DNA from: Verrucomicrobiales bacterium
GTDB lineage: Bacteria > Verrucomicrobiota > Verrucomicrobiia > Verrucomicrobiales > SLCJ01
Assembly (NCBI GenBank): GCA_046075565.1
Contig: JBJTQJ010000108.1
Coordinates: 64,001-128,000, forward strand
Direction: 5' to 3'
Length of the DNA: 64,000 nt
Below the pieces are notes generated by a model that saw only the letters and a list, made by a program, of their open reading frames with translations, did no database searches and was not told where the DNA came from. Positions 1-10,900 of this stretch are shown one piece after another (the first letter of the stretch is position 1; the number at the start of each line of letters is the position of its first letter). The position numbers were made by a program, and so were the translations under genes.

Positions 1-432
1 GCAGAGCAATAACCCGTCGGCGGCGAGCAGGTCGGCAGACTGCGCGAGGGCGGCAAGGGTGGTGTCCTCTTTAGTGACAATCTCCTTCCCTGCTCCCGGC
101 AAGTAACCGAGATTGAAGATCATCACTCGTGGAGCGGGATGTTTGCCCGCGTGCTCGCTCCACAGTTTGGAAAGATCCGCGTGATTGCCATGAACAATTT
201 TGACGGAACCGGCACAGTTATTTTCCGCGAGAAGCGCGAGAGTGGATTCGATGGCGGCAATCTGTATATCGATGGCGAGCACAAATCCCTTCGGCCCGAC
301 ACATTGCACAAGGGCAAGGGTATCGTGACCGTTGCCACACGTCGCATCGATGGCGGCGTCCCCGGGCCGCAGATGGGCCGTCAGCAAGGACCGGGCGAAT
401 TCGGTGGCTTTGGGCAGAGGTTGACGGCTCAT
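1..432 (-). CDS. mnmM: SAM-dependent methyltransferase of the YtqB/MnmM (tRNA mnm5s2U34 methyltransferase) family; 3' end runs off the window
   Basis: Not in the ORF track. Translated by hand: MSRQPLPKATEFARSLL...AIDATCGNGHDT...AIDIQ...MIFNLGYLP...TKEDTTLAAL. The ATG (430-432) overlaps the TGA of the upstream oxidoreductase (ATGA). Confidence 0.8.
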   Translation of the reverse strand, partial: MSRQPLPKATEFARSLLTAHLRPGDAAIDATCGNGHDTLALVQCVGPKGFVLAIDIQIAAIESTLALLAENNCAGSVKIVHGNHADLSKLWSEHAGKHPAPRVMIFNLGYLPGAGKEIVTKEDTTLAALAQSADLLAADGLLLC

Positions 433-1508
433 GCTTTGGAATGGATGCGCTGCAAGCGGGCGGGATCGAGTTCGGCATCGAGCGGTTTGCCATCGCGGAT
501 GTGTGCGACCAGTTCGGCGGCCGCCCAGGGAGCGGTGAGCACTCCTTTGGAACCAAGCCCATTCAAGATGCCAATCCGCGGGTTCTCCGGAGCGAAGCCT
601 GCGACCGGTCGGCTCTGGTGGAGAATGGGTCGCACTCCGGCACGATGGCCGACGATCTCCACTCCATCGACTCCGAGTTCGGCCAGAAACGCGGTCAGTT
701 CGGCCGACCCGGCGGAAGTCGGATTCCACTCTGTCGCGCCGAATGCATAGGTGGCACCGACGAGACACGTGCCATCGTGTCGGGGAGCCACCCATTGGCC
801 GGCCTGATTCCAGACCGCTTTGGGAGTCGGAGAATTGAACCGGATCTCCAGCACCTCGCCCCCGGCCGGACGAAAAGGCAAATTAGGAAAATAGCGACGG
901 TTGGTCCGGGCCGCCAAACCCGTGCAGAAGATGACAAAACGGGCACGCAGATCTCCCATCCGGATCAAATCGCCTTCCGCTTCGAGGTCATCTTCGGTCA
1001 CGGACTGCGGCAACCATCGGTCCCGGCGCACATGGTCGGCGCGGACGGCATCCAGCCAGGCCGGCACATCGAGCCAACCGCCACCGAACATGCGGAATCC
1101 GCCTTGGGGCGTATTCAAGTTTGGGTGCGGAGGCAGGAGCCCCCCGAACCAACGCCGGATGCGTTCCTCGTCGAGCCGGGCTTGAAAAGCACGGTATTCG
1201 TCCTCTCCGGCAAACCATCGGTGGATTTCGACGGGATGGAAAAATTCCGCTCCGAGGAGCGTGGCTGCAGATGCATAGAAATCACGTGCAAATGGCAGCC
1301 ATTCCTCAATTCGCCAACTGGGATTGATTTTTTTTCCCGTTAAAGGCGTTATCAATCCTGCCGCCACCCGGGAGGCGGTGAATCCGGGAAGTTCAGCGGG
1401 ATCGGCGATGACCGAATCAAGACCAGCCATGGAGGCCGTGACGGCGAGGGCCGAACCGGCGAGCCCTTGGCCGACGATCAGGATGTCGATATCAGTAGGC
1501 CTGCTCAT
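429..1508 (-). CDS. FAD-dependent oxidoreductase, DAO/glycine-oxidase family (MnmC C-terminal-domain-like)
   Basis: IVGQGLAG dinucleotide-binding motif, ASRVAAG, GATY, GVRP, GLGSKG. Likely start MSRPTDID at 1508. Confidence 0.85.
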   Translation of the reverse strand: MSRPTDIDILIVGQGLAGSALAVTASMAGLDSVIADPAELPGFTASRVAAGLITPLTGKKINPSWRIEEWLPFARDFYASAATLLGAEFFHPVEIHRWFAGEDEYRAFQARLDEERIRRWFGGLLPPHPNLNTPQGGFRMFGGGWLDVPAWLDAVRADHVRRDRWLPQSVTEDDLEAEGDLIRMGDLRARFVIFCTGLAARTNRRYFPNLPFRPAGGEVLEIRFNSPTPKAVWNQAGQWVAPRHDGTCLVGATYAFGATEWNPTSAGSAELTAFLAELGVDGVEIVGHRAGVRPILHQSRPVAGFAPENPRIGILNGLGSKGVLTAPWAAAELVAHIRDGKPLDAELDPARLQRIHSKA

Positions 1509-3312
1509 CGATGCCACGGTATCCCCAGCAAATCCACTCGTCGAGCATGATGCGGGGAGATTCCCCGATTTCCCAGCGGAGACGCAAGGTGGCGGGGCGA
1601 CCTTCGCCTGGGCGGAGTTTAGCCAGTGACGACACCTGTTCCGCATTTTCGGGGAGAACGAGTTCGACAGACACGTCGGAATGGACGTCGCGGAAGCGGA
1701 AGTTCCATGGACCATCAGGGGTCTGGGCGGTGCTAAAAACCAGCCCGCGCAACTCCCTCGGGATGCTCACGGGTGATTTCAGATAGTTGCGGAACCAGCC
1801 GTAAAAACTTTGCGCCCACAATTGACCCTCAACTTTATAAGTGTCGACAAATGGCACGAGCCAGAGAACACAGGCCCCCTGCCGATCATGGGTAGGAGCA
1901 TGGACCCGCACCGCGACGGCTCCCGCACGAGCCGTGGTGGCAGGTTGGGCGAGAATCTGGCCAATGGCTGACTCGGCGGGCGGAGCGTCATCATAAGCGC
2001 CCTCCAACTCTTTGATCAACATGGCGTTATCCTGTGAATTCACGTAATCCAATCGCCCCTCAGGTTTGGCCGCGAGAAAGGCACGGGCGACCTCCAAAGC
2101 CGGCGATTCGGGATTTCTGGAAGCGGCATCTTGACCGGACACCGTGCGCCCGTCGGTCAGGCCGCCCGGCCAGCCGAGTTGGGGAGGAGAGAGAAGTTTG
2201 AGAACTCCGCCCGGTGTCTCCGGCCGACCGAGAAGGACCGTAACTGCTACCGTCATATCTGTGGAGAGAAATGGAATGAGCGGGTCGCCGACTGGCAGAA
2301 GCACCACCCCGACGGGAGTGTCGCTAGTGGGCGCGAAAACCTCGGCATAGGCAGCCGCAGGGTCCGGGAGAATCTCCTGTTCCATACCCAAGCGGGGACG
2401 AAGCCGGGCAAGGAACTCCCAGCGGGAGTCGGGATCGCCTTGCTGGGAGGCGAAGTTGCGGAGTTCGTCTTCGGCGGATTCGACCAAGAGCCTGCCGGCG
2501 CGGCGGAATTCGCCCCCTTTTTCCCGGCGCCAGGCAAGAACAATCGGGATTTGGCCGGCTCGTTTGGCGGGGTCGGCCTCGTAAACCGACCAGCCCGGCC
2601 CTAGCACGGACATCAACTCCCGATCACCACAAATTTGAAAATCCTCCACTCCGGGCAGCCCTTGTCGGAGCGCCCCGGTGGGCCCGAAAAGCCGCTCGAA
2701 GGGAGCCTCCATTTCCGCTCCACCTTCCAGCGTGAGCCCGGCCCTTCCCTGCGGATCGGCCTTGAGAAAAGCCTTGAGAACCCCCCACGCACCATCGTCT
2801 GAAGAATTCGACACGGGCTTCGTCTCCTCATTCAACGACCGGGTCGCCGAGCCCGGCTGGACTTTCTCTTGAACAAAATCGCGGGTCCACGGGGAACTCT
2901 CCAGCCATTCCCGGATCGGCACCGAAAGCTTCCACCCCAAGAAAACGAGTAAACCAAGCAAACCCAATGCGAGTAGCAAATAGCCCGGCGAGAATAAAGA
3001 AGACTCACTGCGGCGGACGCGGCGGTCGAGCTTTTTTCCGCTGCCAGAACTCGAGGGACTAATCCAAGCCGGGCGAGTGGAATCCACAGGGACGGATTCT
3101 GTTTGTCCGCTTTTTGCCGCAAACGAAACCGGGGCAGCGTCCGGGGGAAGATCGAACCTCTTTGGCACTTCCGGCACGATGATCCGTCCTCCACAGAGAG
3201 GACATGGTCCGGAAAGCGGACGCGTATCCGGCATGGCCAGATTGGAGTGACAATGAGGACACGGAAAAGCCAAGCGCCCATCGGGCAGCTTGCGGGTCAA
3301 TTCATGAGGCAC
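1492..3312 (-). CDS. Hypothetical membrane-anchored protein: N-terminal Zn ribbon, one TM helix, two repeated C-terminal domains
   Basis: CPHC...CPLC; TM segment YLLLALGLLGLLVFLGW. Start uncertain (GTG at 3312, or 3354). Confidence 0.75.
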   Translation of the reverse strand: MPHELTRKLPDGRLAFPCPHCHSNLAMPDTRPLSGPCPLCGGRIIVPEVPKRFDLPPDAAPVSFAAKSGQTESVPVDSTRPAWISPSSSGSGKKLDRRVRRSESSLFSPGYLLLALGLLGLLVFLGWKLSVPIREWLESSPWTRDFVQEKVQPGSATRSLNEETKPVSNSSDDGAWGVLKAFLKADPQGRAGLTLEGGAEMEAPFERLFGPTGALRQGLPGVEDFQICGDRELMSVLGPGWSVYEADPAKRAGQIPIVLAWRREKGGEFRRAGRLLVESAEDELRNFASQQGDPDSRWEFLARLRPRLGMEQEILPDPAAAYAEVFAPTSDTPVGVVLLPVGDPLIPFLSTDMTVAVTVLLGRPETPGGVLKLLSPPQLGWPGGLTDGRTVSGQDAASRNPESPALEVARAFLAAKPEGRLDYVNSQDNAMLIKELEGAYDDAPPAESAIGQILAQPATTARAGAVAVRVHAPTHDRQGACVLWLVPFVDTYKVEGQLWAQSFYGWFRNYLKSPVSIPRELRGLVFSTAQTPDGPWNFRFRDVHSDVSVELVLPENAEQVSSLAKLRPGEGRPATLRLRWEIGESPRIMLDEWICWGYRGIDEQAY

Positions 3313-3455
3313 GAGCAAAGGGTCACTCACCACCGAGAGAAACTCGCAAACCACCGCTGCGTCAATGGAAAACTGTCAGCCAAACGAAAAAATCAACGAA
3401 CGCGAATCACAGCCCGGCCGCTCTCCCAGGGTGCCGACAACGACATCCGTGATCC

Positions 3456-4498
3456 TCAAGCGTGGGCCATTCGGAACGCGCCCGGGGTTTGACCGAACTC
3501 ACGTTTGAAGAAGACCATGAACGGACGGGGATCATCAAAGCCGATGCGACGGGCCACTTGGGTGACGGAGATATTCGTGCTGGTGAGCAATTCCCTCGCC
3601 TTGGCCGCACGGAGTTGGCGAATGTGCTGGGCCGGCGACATGCCGATCAGTTCACGGTAGCGTTTTTCCAAGGTTGGACGCGACATGTCGAGGTGTCCGA
3701 GAATTTCTTCCACGGTGATGCCCTCGCAGGCGCGACCTTGGATCATCTGGCGAACTCGTTCGATACTCTGATCAAGAGGGCTATCCCCGAGGGTTGAGGC
3801 TCGGGCATTGACGCCAGCCACACGCTGGCGCTCGATCCGACGAGCTGGCTTTTGGCCGGCCATCATGGTTTCCAGCATGGCCACCGCGCGACGTCCCATC
3901 TCGAGATAGTCGCTAGCGAGGGCGCTCAGGGGAGGGTCGGTAAATTGAGCCATGCGTGAATCGGCTCCGGCGAGAATACCCACATCATAAGGGACGCGGA
4001 TGCCCATTTCGCGACAGGCATTCAGCAGGTAAACGGCATCGTTCTCGCGCAGCGTTACGATTCCGAATGGGCGCGGCATCTGGCGCAGGGCGAGTTCGAT
4101 CTCGGGATGCCGCGACAGATTTTCATCCATGCGGGCAACCAGCGGGTCGCCAGAGCGAAAATAGGCACTGCGGATATTGCGGATTTCACTGCGGGCTCCA
4201 AGTCTGCGCAGGAGGGCGCTGATTCGACCACTGCGGGCATCGGAGCCAGGACCGTCGGAACGCCGAGACCAGCCAGCAAACTCGCGCGCGGATCGCCTTC
4301 ATCCAGGGTAAAATGCACTCCATCGGGTTGCCAGTTCATGGGCAACTGAATTTCCTCACTTCCTCGTGTCATTGGGAAGTCGCGGAATTCGCAACGCTGG
4401 CGAATTTCCGGATGACTGAAGACCCCCTCCATCATGCGGACGGATGTTTCTGACCACTCTTTGTGGAACAGGGCGACTTTTTTGCGGAGGCTCAGTAG
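3456..4498 (-). pseudogene. XylR-type (LacI sensor + AraC HTH) regulator broken by an internal deletion and frameshift near 4250
   Basis: The N-terminal frame (RKKVALF...WQPDGV...LGVPTV) and the C-terminal frame (MPRPFGI...IRVPYDVGI...PPLS...HTH SRPTLEKR, ARRIGF, FKREFGQTP) differ. The segment seen in the intact paralog at 22047-23237 is missing at the junction. Start approximate. Confidence 0.75.
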
Positions 4499-4804
4499 GG
4501 TAGAATTGGGAAATTTGGTGGGAATGGCTTCACCCCAAGCATCGCAAAATGCCCAGAAATGTCGATTTATTCACCGTCAACGGGCCGCTAATGTCTGGAA
4601 ATTATGGTTTTTCTCTCTTCGATGGGTAGATTTTCATTTTTGCAAATCACCGTTGCGGGTCCCAGGGCAGCGGCACCCTGGCGCGGTGGGAGGATTTGTC
4701 GGCTACTCAGACTGATTGTTGAGCCGTTCGCCGGTCAGGCACTTCTCGGGCGCCCCCAAGCGTCAGATTCTGGACAGGGCGCCGGGCTGTGCCAAGGTGG
4801 CGGG

Positions 4805-5656
4805 ATGTTCGTCTGGTCGAAACTTTCATCGGAAAAATGGCGTGATGCATGGGAAGAGCGATTCCTCGGCCACGGCCAAACCAATGCCGTGGTGACCGCG
4901 CTCCCAGGTCGGACAACCATTCGGGTGGAAGTCTATACCAGCCGTAAGTCGGAGGCGCTAAAACTCAAATCCGCCTACGGCGGCAGCGTGCGCGAAATCC
5001 GCCAGGCGGAGTGGTCAACCCCCGTCGCCCCCCCTACCCCACCGATGCGAATCCGGGGCAAGTTTATTGTGACCAACGTGCTGGAGCCCGAGGAGACCGA
5101 CCCGGTTCGCCTCGCGGCCAAAGGACTTCCCGTGTTGCACGTGCCACCCGGTTTGGCCTTTGGCACGGGCGATCATGCCACCACCTCGACTTGCCTGCGT
5201 GTGCTGGCGGACTTCGCCACGGAAAGAAAACACGCGGGTTTGGCCTGGTCGATGGCAGACTTGGGAACGGGCACCGGCATTCTGGCCATGGCGGCGGGCG
5301 TCTGCGGAGCGGAAGAGATTTACGCGATGGACTTCGACCCATTGGCCGTGAAAGCCGCGCGCGCCAACTTCCGCCGCAACCATCTGCGGAAAATCAAACT
5401 CGAACAGGCCGACCTAACCAACTGGACATCACCACGGAAGTTCGACTTCGTGGCCGCGAATGTTTTCGCCGACGTGCTCACCTTATCGCTTCCCCGGCTC
5501 AAACGCGCCCTGGCAAAGCGGGGACGCTTGGTCATTTCCGGAATCCTCCGCCAGCATTGGCCGGACCTTGAGCAAGCCGCCCTCGCCAAGGGAATCCGGT
5601 TTGATGACGTGCGCATCCGGGGCAAGTGGGTCACAGCGACCGGCGGGCACGCGTGA
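4805..5656 (+). CDS. prmA: Ribosomal protein L11 methyltransferase
   Basis: PGLAFGTGDHATT, DLGTGTGIL, AAN, SGIL motifs. Start MFVWSK at 4805. Confidence 0.9.
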   Translation: MFVWSKLSSEKWRDAWEERFLGHGQTNAVVTALPGRTTIRVEVYTSRKSEALKLKSAYGGSVREIRQAEWSTPVAPPTPPMRIRGKFIVTNVLEPEETDPVRLAAKGLPVLHVPPGLAFGTGDHATTSTCLRVLADFATERKHAGLAWSMADLGTGTGILAMAAGVCGAEEIYAMDFDPLAVKAARANFRRNHLRKIKLEQADLTNWTSPRKFDFVAANVFADVLTLSLPRLKRALAKRGRLVISGILRQHWPDLEQAALAKGIRFDDVRIRGKWVTATGGHA

Positions 5657-5677
5657 GTTTTTTCGATTCGCGCACTC

Positions 5678-7093
5678 TCACTGCCCTGCCGCGTCCAGCA
5701 GGCGCACGACCACCTGCCGCACGTTGATGGTCGCGTCGTCGGAAGCTCCAATGCGGATGCCATCTATGGAAAGGCGGGCGGGAATGCGACCTCTGACCAC
5801 TTCGGGTGCGCCAGGACCGTCCCCGGAATGCAGACTGGTGACTCCCGTCCGCCAATCATAGACCATCGTCATGATGCGCGGGCCATCCATTTTTGGTTCC
5901 GGCAAGATGGGGTCGAGTCCTTGTTTCACATCCAACGACCATGTTTCCGCATCGCCGAAACTATCGCCAAAGAAAACCACTTCCGCATCGCCGGCATAAA
6001 GACTCAGACCCGCCCATCCGGGGCCGTGCATGGGTCCGGCCACCGTGGGTCCGAGTTCGAGGGTTGCGACGAGCAGAGGATGTTCCTTCCCGATGGCAGG
6101 GCCATCCAGCTTGCAGAACGCTTGGAATCCTCCGCCGACCACGCTTTGGCTGCCGAGCACTGCCGTGCCTTGACGCACTTCCCACGGACCTTTGCTAGCT
6201 TGTGGAAGCCGCCCATGCAAAGAACCACCGGAACTCTCAAAATGGTCCTCAAAGGCCACATGGAGTTCCGGGAGTTTATTCGCGAAATCATCGGGACGAG
6301 CGGCAATGCGCGTCACGCGGCCTTCGGAACTCACACTGGCGGCCTCACCGGCCGTGAGCAGCGGTCGCTCGCGCCCTTGTGGCGTGCGCATTTCCACTTT
6401 GCCCTCGAAGACATGCAATTCATCCGGGGCGCTACGATGACTCACGATCGCGAACTCAGTCCCGAGGTCGATGGCTTCGAGTGAAGATGTGCTAACAGTG
6501 AAACCTTTTCCGGCCGGACCAACGCGAAATCTTCCTCTCCCCTCTTCCACCACAACCCGTGTCGCACTCTTGTAAATGATCTCGGCAGGGGCCTCGAGAT
6601 GGCCCACCACATCATTGGGAAATTGGAAACGCGCGACGCCTTTGTCGAGAAACAAGCGGGTGCCGGGCAAAGTCGCGGCCCGCCCTTCTCGTGTCGTCAA
6701 TTCGCCATCGACGCGCCATCCGGCGTCCGGAGAAAAATCGATGCGCACCGGAACCTCCGGCACGGGGACCTCCGCGAGAGCGGGTTCAGATTCAGGCTTC
6801 TTCGCAGCGAGCCAGATGGCCGTGGCGACTATGGCTAGGGCAGCCGCAGCGGAGAGGAGCCCGGTCATCCATCCGGACCTGGCTCGTTGGATCGGCCGTG
6901 CGCTGCGGGGTTGGCCAACCATCGCTTGGCCGTGGAACTCCTCCGCCAGCGAATGGTGGAGCAGCGCGTAGGATTGGTAGAGTTTCCGCAGAGCGGTGTC
7001 CTTGCGCAAGTCCTCTTGGAAACGATGGAAATCAATTTCGGTCATCGTGCCATCGAGCACGGACTGGATACGTTCATGGTCGGCCCGCTTCAT
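5678..7093 (-). CDS. FecR-domain anti-sigma/sensor protein with an extra C-terminal beta-rich domain
   Basis: N-terminal anti-sigma helices, TM helix, FecR motifs GFTV...AIDLGTEF and LHVFEGKVE. Start overlaps the ECF stop codon. Confidence 0.85.
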   Translation of the reverse strand: MKRADHERIQSVLDGTMTEIDFHRFQEDLRKDTALRKLYQSYALLHHSLAEEFHGQAMVGQPRSARPIQRARSGWMTGLLSAAAALAIVATAIWLAAKKPESEPALAEVPVPEVPVRIDFSPDAGWRVDGELTTREGRAATLPGTRLFLDKGVARFQFPNDVVGHLEAPAEIIYKSATRVVVEEGRGRFRVGPAGKGFTVSTSSLEAIDLGTEFAIVSHRSAPDELHVFEGKVEMRTPQGRERPLLTAGEAASVSSEGRVTRIAARPDDFANKLPELHVAFEDHFESSGGSLHGRLPQASKGPWEVRQGTAVLGSQSVVGGGFQAFCKLDGPAIGKEHPLLVATLELGPTVAGPMHGPGWAGLSLYAGDAEVVFFGDSFGDAETWSLDVKQGLDPILPEPKMDGPRIMTMVYDWRTGVTSLHSGDGPGAPEVVRGRIPARLSIDGIRIGASDDATINVRQVVVRLLDAAGQ

Positions 7094-7638
7094 GGTTTCA
7101 CATCTGCGGGTTGAGACATCTGGCGCTCGATGCAATCGCGCAACGCGGCGCGGAGTTTGAAAAGTATCGCTTTTAGTGTGCCGGTGCTCCGTTTGGTGGC
7201 GCGGGCGAATTCATCAAGAGGCGCACCGCTGGCGTAGCGGTGCTGAAGCAAATCTCGGTCCTGTGGTCTCAATTTCCGCAAGCAGTGCCGGAGCGCGATA
7301 TGTTTGTCCTCGAGCTCGAACGGCTCGTTTTCCATTTCCTCCGCCATGTCCTCCATCAAATCCTCATCAAAGACCAGCCAACCTTGCCGGGCGAGACGGC
7401 GGCGATGGTTGAGCAAATGGTAACGGGCGATCTGGAAGGCCCAGGCTTTGAAATTTGTTCCGGGCACGAATACCGAACGCTTCTGCCAAAGGGTCACATT
7501 GACCTCCTGCAAAATGTCCCTTGCCCCCGACCAGCCGGAGACCAGACTCATGATATAAGCCAGGATCGCCGTCTGGTGGCTCGTCAATTCGGCGACGAAC
7601 TCGTCTTCCTCGGGCACGATGGGATTCGGCATGGCCAT
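7090..7638 (-). CDS. ECF sigma-70 factor (Rhodopirellula/Verrucomicrobium type)
   Basis: Region 2 ARDILQEVNVTLWQK...NFKAWAFQIAR; region 4 CLRKL...RY...LFKLRAALRDCIE. Confidence 0.9.
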   Translation of the reverse strand: MAMPNPIVPEEDEFVAELTSHQTAILAYIMSLVSGWSGARDILQEVNVTLWQKRSVFVPGTNFKAWAFQIARYHLLNHRRRLARQGWLVFDEDLMEDMAEEMENEPFELEDKHIALRHCLRKLRPQDRDLLQHRYASGAPLDEFARATKRSTGTLKAILFKLRAALRDCIERQMSQPADVKP

Positions 7639-7909
7639 ACTTATACTTCAAATGTCCGCATCCATAGGGTGGGTTTATTGGGAATCGCCGGGAACCAAAC
7701 AAAAAGTCCCCAACCAGCCGCAAATCCATCCTTGGATTGGGCCTGACTCTTGACGTTCGATTTTGAATCACGGCGAACCTTAAACCCTTAAAAGTGATGT
7801 GCGATTTTGAAGTTTCTTCTTTACATAACCACAAAACAAGCGAATATGACCTCGGATGTAATGACATTGTGCATTCGCACACATCGAACATCACCATCTC
7901 CTGTTCATC

Positions 7910-10900
7910 ATGAAATCCCGTTTGAATAAGCCCAATTTTCGCCGGAAACGCGGTTTCGCGCTCATCGCGGTGTTATCGATTTCGGCTTTAGTCGTTCTCA
8001 CCGTGATGGCGCTGGTTTCGTTATCGGTCAGCCAGTCTCGAATGTTCCGAACCGAGCGCGACCGCGCAGTCGCCCAAGCCAATGCCTCGTTATCTCTGAA
8101 AATCGCTCTCGGCGAATTGCAGGTGCAGCTCGGACCCGACACCCGTGTTTCCGCGACGGGCGACATCATTCCGGGTGCCCAGCAGCGGCATCTGGCCGGA
8201 TCATGGAATTCCTGGAATCTTACCCCTAATCCCACGTCTCCCCCGAACTACCAACAGGAAAAGCAGCAGCGGTTCCGCAAGTGGATGGTCTCCGGTCTAA
8301 CAGAAACAGAGGCACGCGCGCAGAATTTCCCCACCACCGCTCCCTCCACGGGCACCGATGCCGTGCAACTGGTGGGCCGGGGTAGTGTTGGTGAGAGCAC
8401 CGGCTCGGACAAACACCTCTGGGTTAAAAAATCATCTCTACGAGAACCGAAGACCAATGGTCGGGACGCGGGCTCCTCCGCTTACGTCGTGATGGATGAA
8501 GGCGTGAAGGCGCGCATCAATCTTCCGGCCACGGATTTGACCAAGCTCACCCACACGGCCGCCCGCATGGGGGTGGTCGGCAGTCCTTCCCGCAATGCCA
8601 TTGAAAAGGCCAATAGCGCCTTGCAGGATTTTGGCAAAGACACGGCCGCCCGAGCCGCGTTGAAAAATGTCGGGAATCTGGAAAGCTTGGCCCTGACCGG
8701 GAATGGCCCGGCTTCGGCCGTCCAGCCGTTTTCGCACGACCTGACCACCTATTCCGCCGCCGTGCAATCCGATGTCGCGAACGGCGGATTGAAGAGGGAC
8801 CTCAACACCTTGTTCGATCTGAACTCATTGCCCGCGGACTTCCAATCGCGACGTCTCTACAGCAACACGAACACAGCATCAGCGGCAATGCCGGCGACCC
8901 TCCTTGGTCGCTGCTCTTCAACCACAGCCGCTTGAGCCGACAGGTCGGCTCCGTGGCAGGTGCCGATGGCTTCCTGACTTCGGGCACGCTCGCGGGCTTC
9001 AACGCCGGCACCACGAATTTCGCGGGAAATGTGTCGGTGAATGTGAACACCTTGCAGACCGGCCAGCCGATCGCCCCGGTGATCGCGCGCTGCGAGCTGA
9101 TTTTCTCCGCCTTCGTGAAACAAACCCATGGACCTTGGGTGAGCAGCGTGCCCTCTGGTTTCGCGGGCACGAGTTCGGGTTGGAATTACATGGTCCATCT
9201 GGTCTATCAACCGATCATCACCCTCTGGAATCCCTACAATGTGCCCTTGCAACTGGACAACGCCCGGGTTGAAATCGATTCTCCCCCGGTGGGCTTCAAA
9301 TTTTTCCGCACCACCGGCGACCCCGGGCTTACCGGTGCCATCAACACCGCCCACGTTCCGTTGAGCCAACTTTACGTATACTCGAGCCAGCGCCGGACCA
9401 AGCGTTTCCACATGAGTCTCTACAACGAGGTCAGCGGCGACACACCGAGCAACCCCAGCGTGGTCCTGCTTCCGGGTGAAGTGAAGATTTTCTCCCCCTA
9501 CGTTCCTCCAACCGCCGCTTACAACACCGGGGTTCGCCTTGGTGACGGCAGCACCGTCTCCCTTTTCGATTGGCAAAACCTGGAAATCCAGCAGCTTCCG
9601 GCTGTTCCGGGCTGGCGAGGCGCCCAATTCGGCTTCAACATCGACTGGCTCTGCCCGAACCACAATGGCTACTATGCCGGAGGCGGCATCAATGGACCGG
9701 CTGCCCACCGTGGAGTGATTGGTGCCCGTCTCAACGATACCTTCGATATCGAGGTCATGCCGGTGCCACAGGGCAGTGGCAGCGCGACCGTGCAACCCAG
9801 CTACGGGGTGAACCTCGCCACTTCCTCGGGACAAATCCTCTCCCGCCTTGAATTCGATTACGGAGGCAATAGCACCACTCTGGTCAACGCGGTGACGCCG
9901 AGACCCACCACCAGCGGCCCATCTGTTAGCTTTCCATTGCGCATGACGAGTTATACGGAGCCATTGTCCACAGCCAAACATGTGGTCATGACCAGTTCGC
10001 AGCTCCGGAACACGGTCGTTCTGCCCTTCCTCTCGATCAGCGCCCAGGGTAAAACCACCATGGATTCGTCGTTCCCGAATCGCCCGTGGATCCATGGCAA
10101 TCTTGGGAGGCCGATCGTGCGGGTGGACATGACCCGGGAGCATCAGGCATGGCACAGCCACGAGCTGGCCATGCGTCCGATCAACGGATCGAGCGACACC
10201 TCCATTTCCGTGGACTTCGCCAATACCGGACGTTCTTATTTCGTGAGCGGAATCCGCCGCGACACCGGTTCCGAATTCGGCATGACCCGGGAGGCCCCGC
10301 TGATGCCGGTCCAGTCGGTGGCACAACTCGCTCATGCCAACCTTTCCTCCGCCATCGCGCAGTTGCCGAATGTCGATCACGCCGTTGGGCAATCCTTCGC
10401 CCATCCGCTCATCCCGACCAACCGCACATCCCACCGCCCCAGTGGTATGGGTTACGATTTCCTCGATCACAGTTACCTCGCGAACCTGAGCCTTTGGGAC
10501 TCATGGTATGCCTCGACCATCGGCTCTTACAGTGGTCGCGCCTTCACCGGGACGGCCGCGAGGACACCGCAGAAAGTGGCGGAGGATTTCTTCAAAAGCG
10601 GCATTCCCCTGCTGAATCCGCGTTTGACCCCGTGGTTCGGGAACAGCGGTGGACCGGATGAGGCGGTCAGGGCTTTGACAGCGGGCAGTTTGCCACAATC
10701 GGATGCCTACACCAAAGCCGCCGCCTTCCAGATGCTGCTCGGTTCCCTCAATGTCAACAGCACCTCAAAGGAAGCTTGGAAAGCCATCCTCGCCTCCATG
10801 AATGGGGACCCGGCACTCCTGCTGGCGGCCTCCGATGGCAACACCGCAAAATCTTTCGGTTACAACACGACCGCACTTGCCACGACATCGAATTTCTTCT

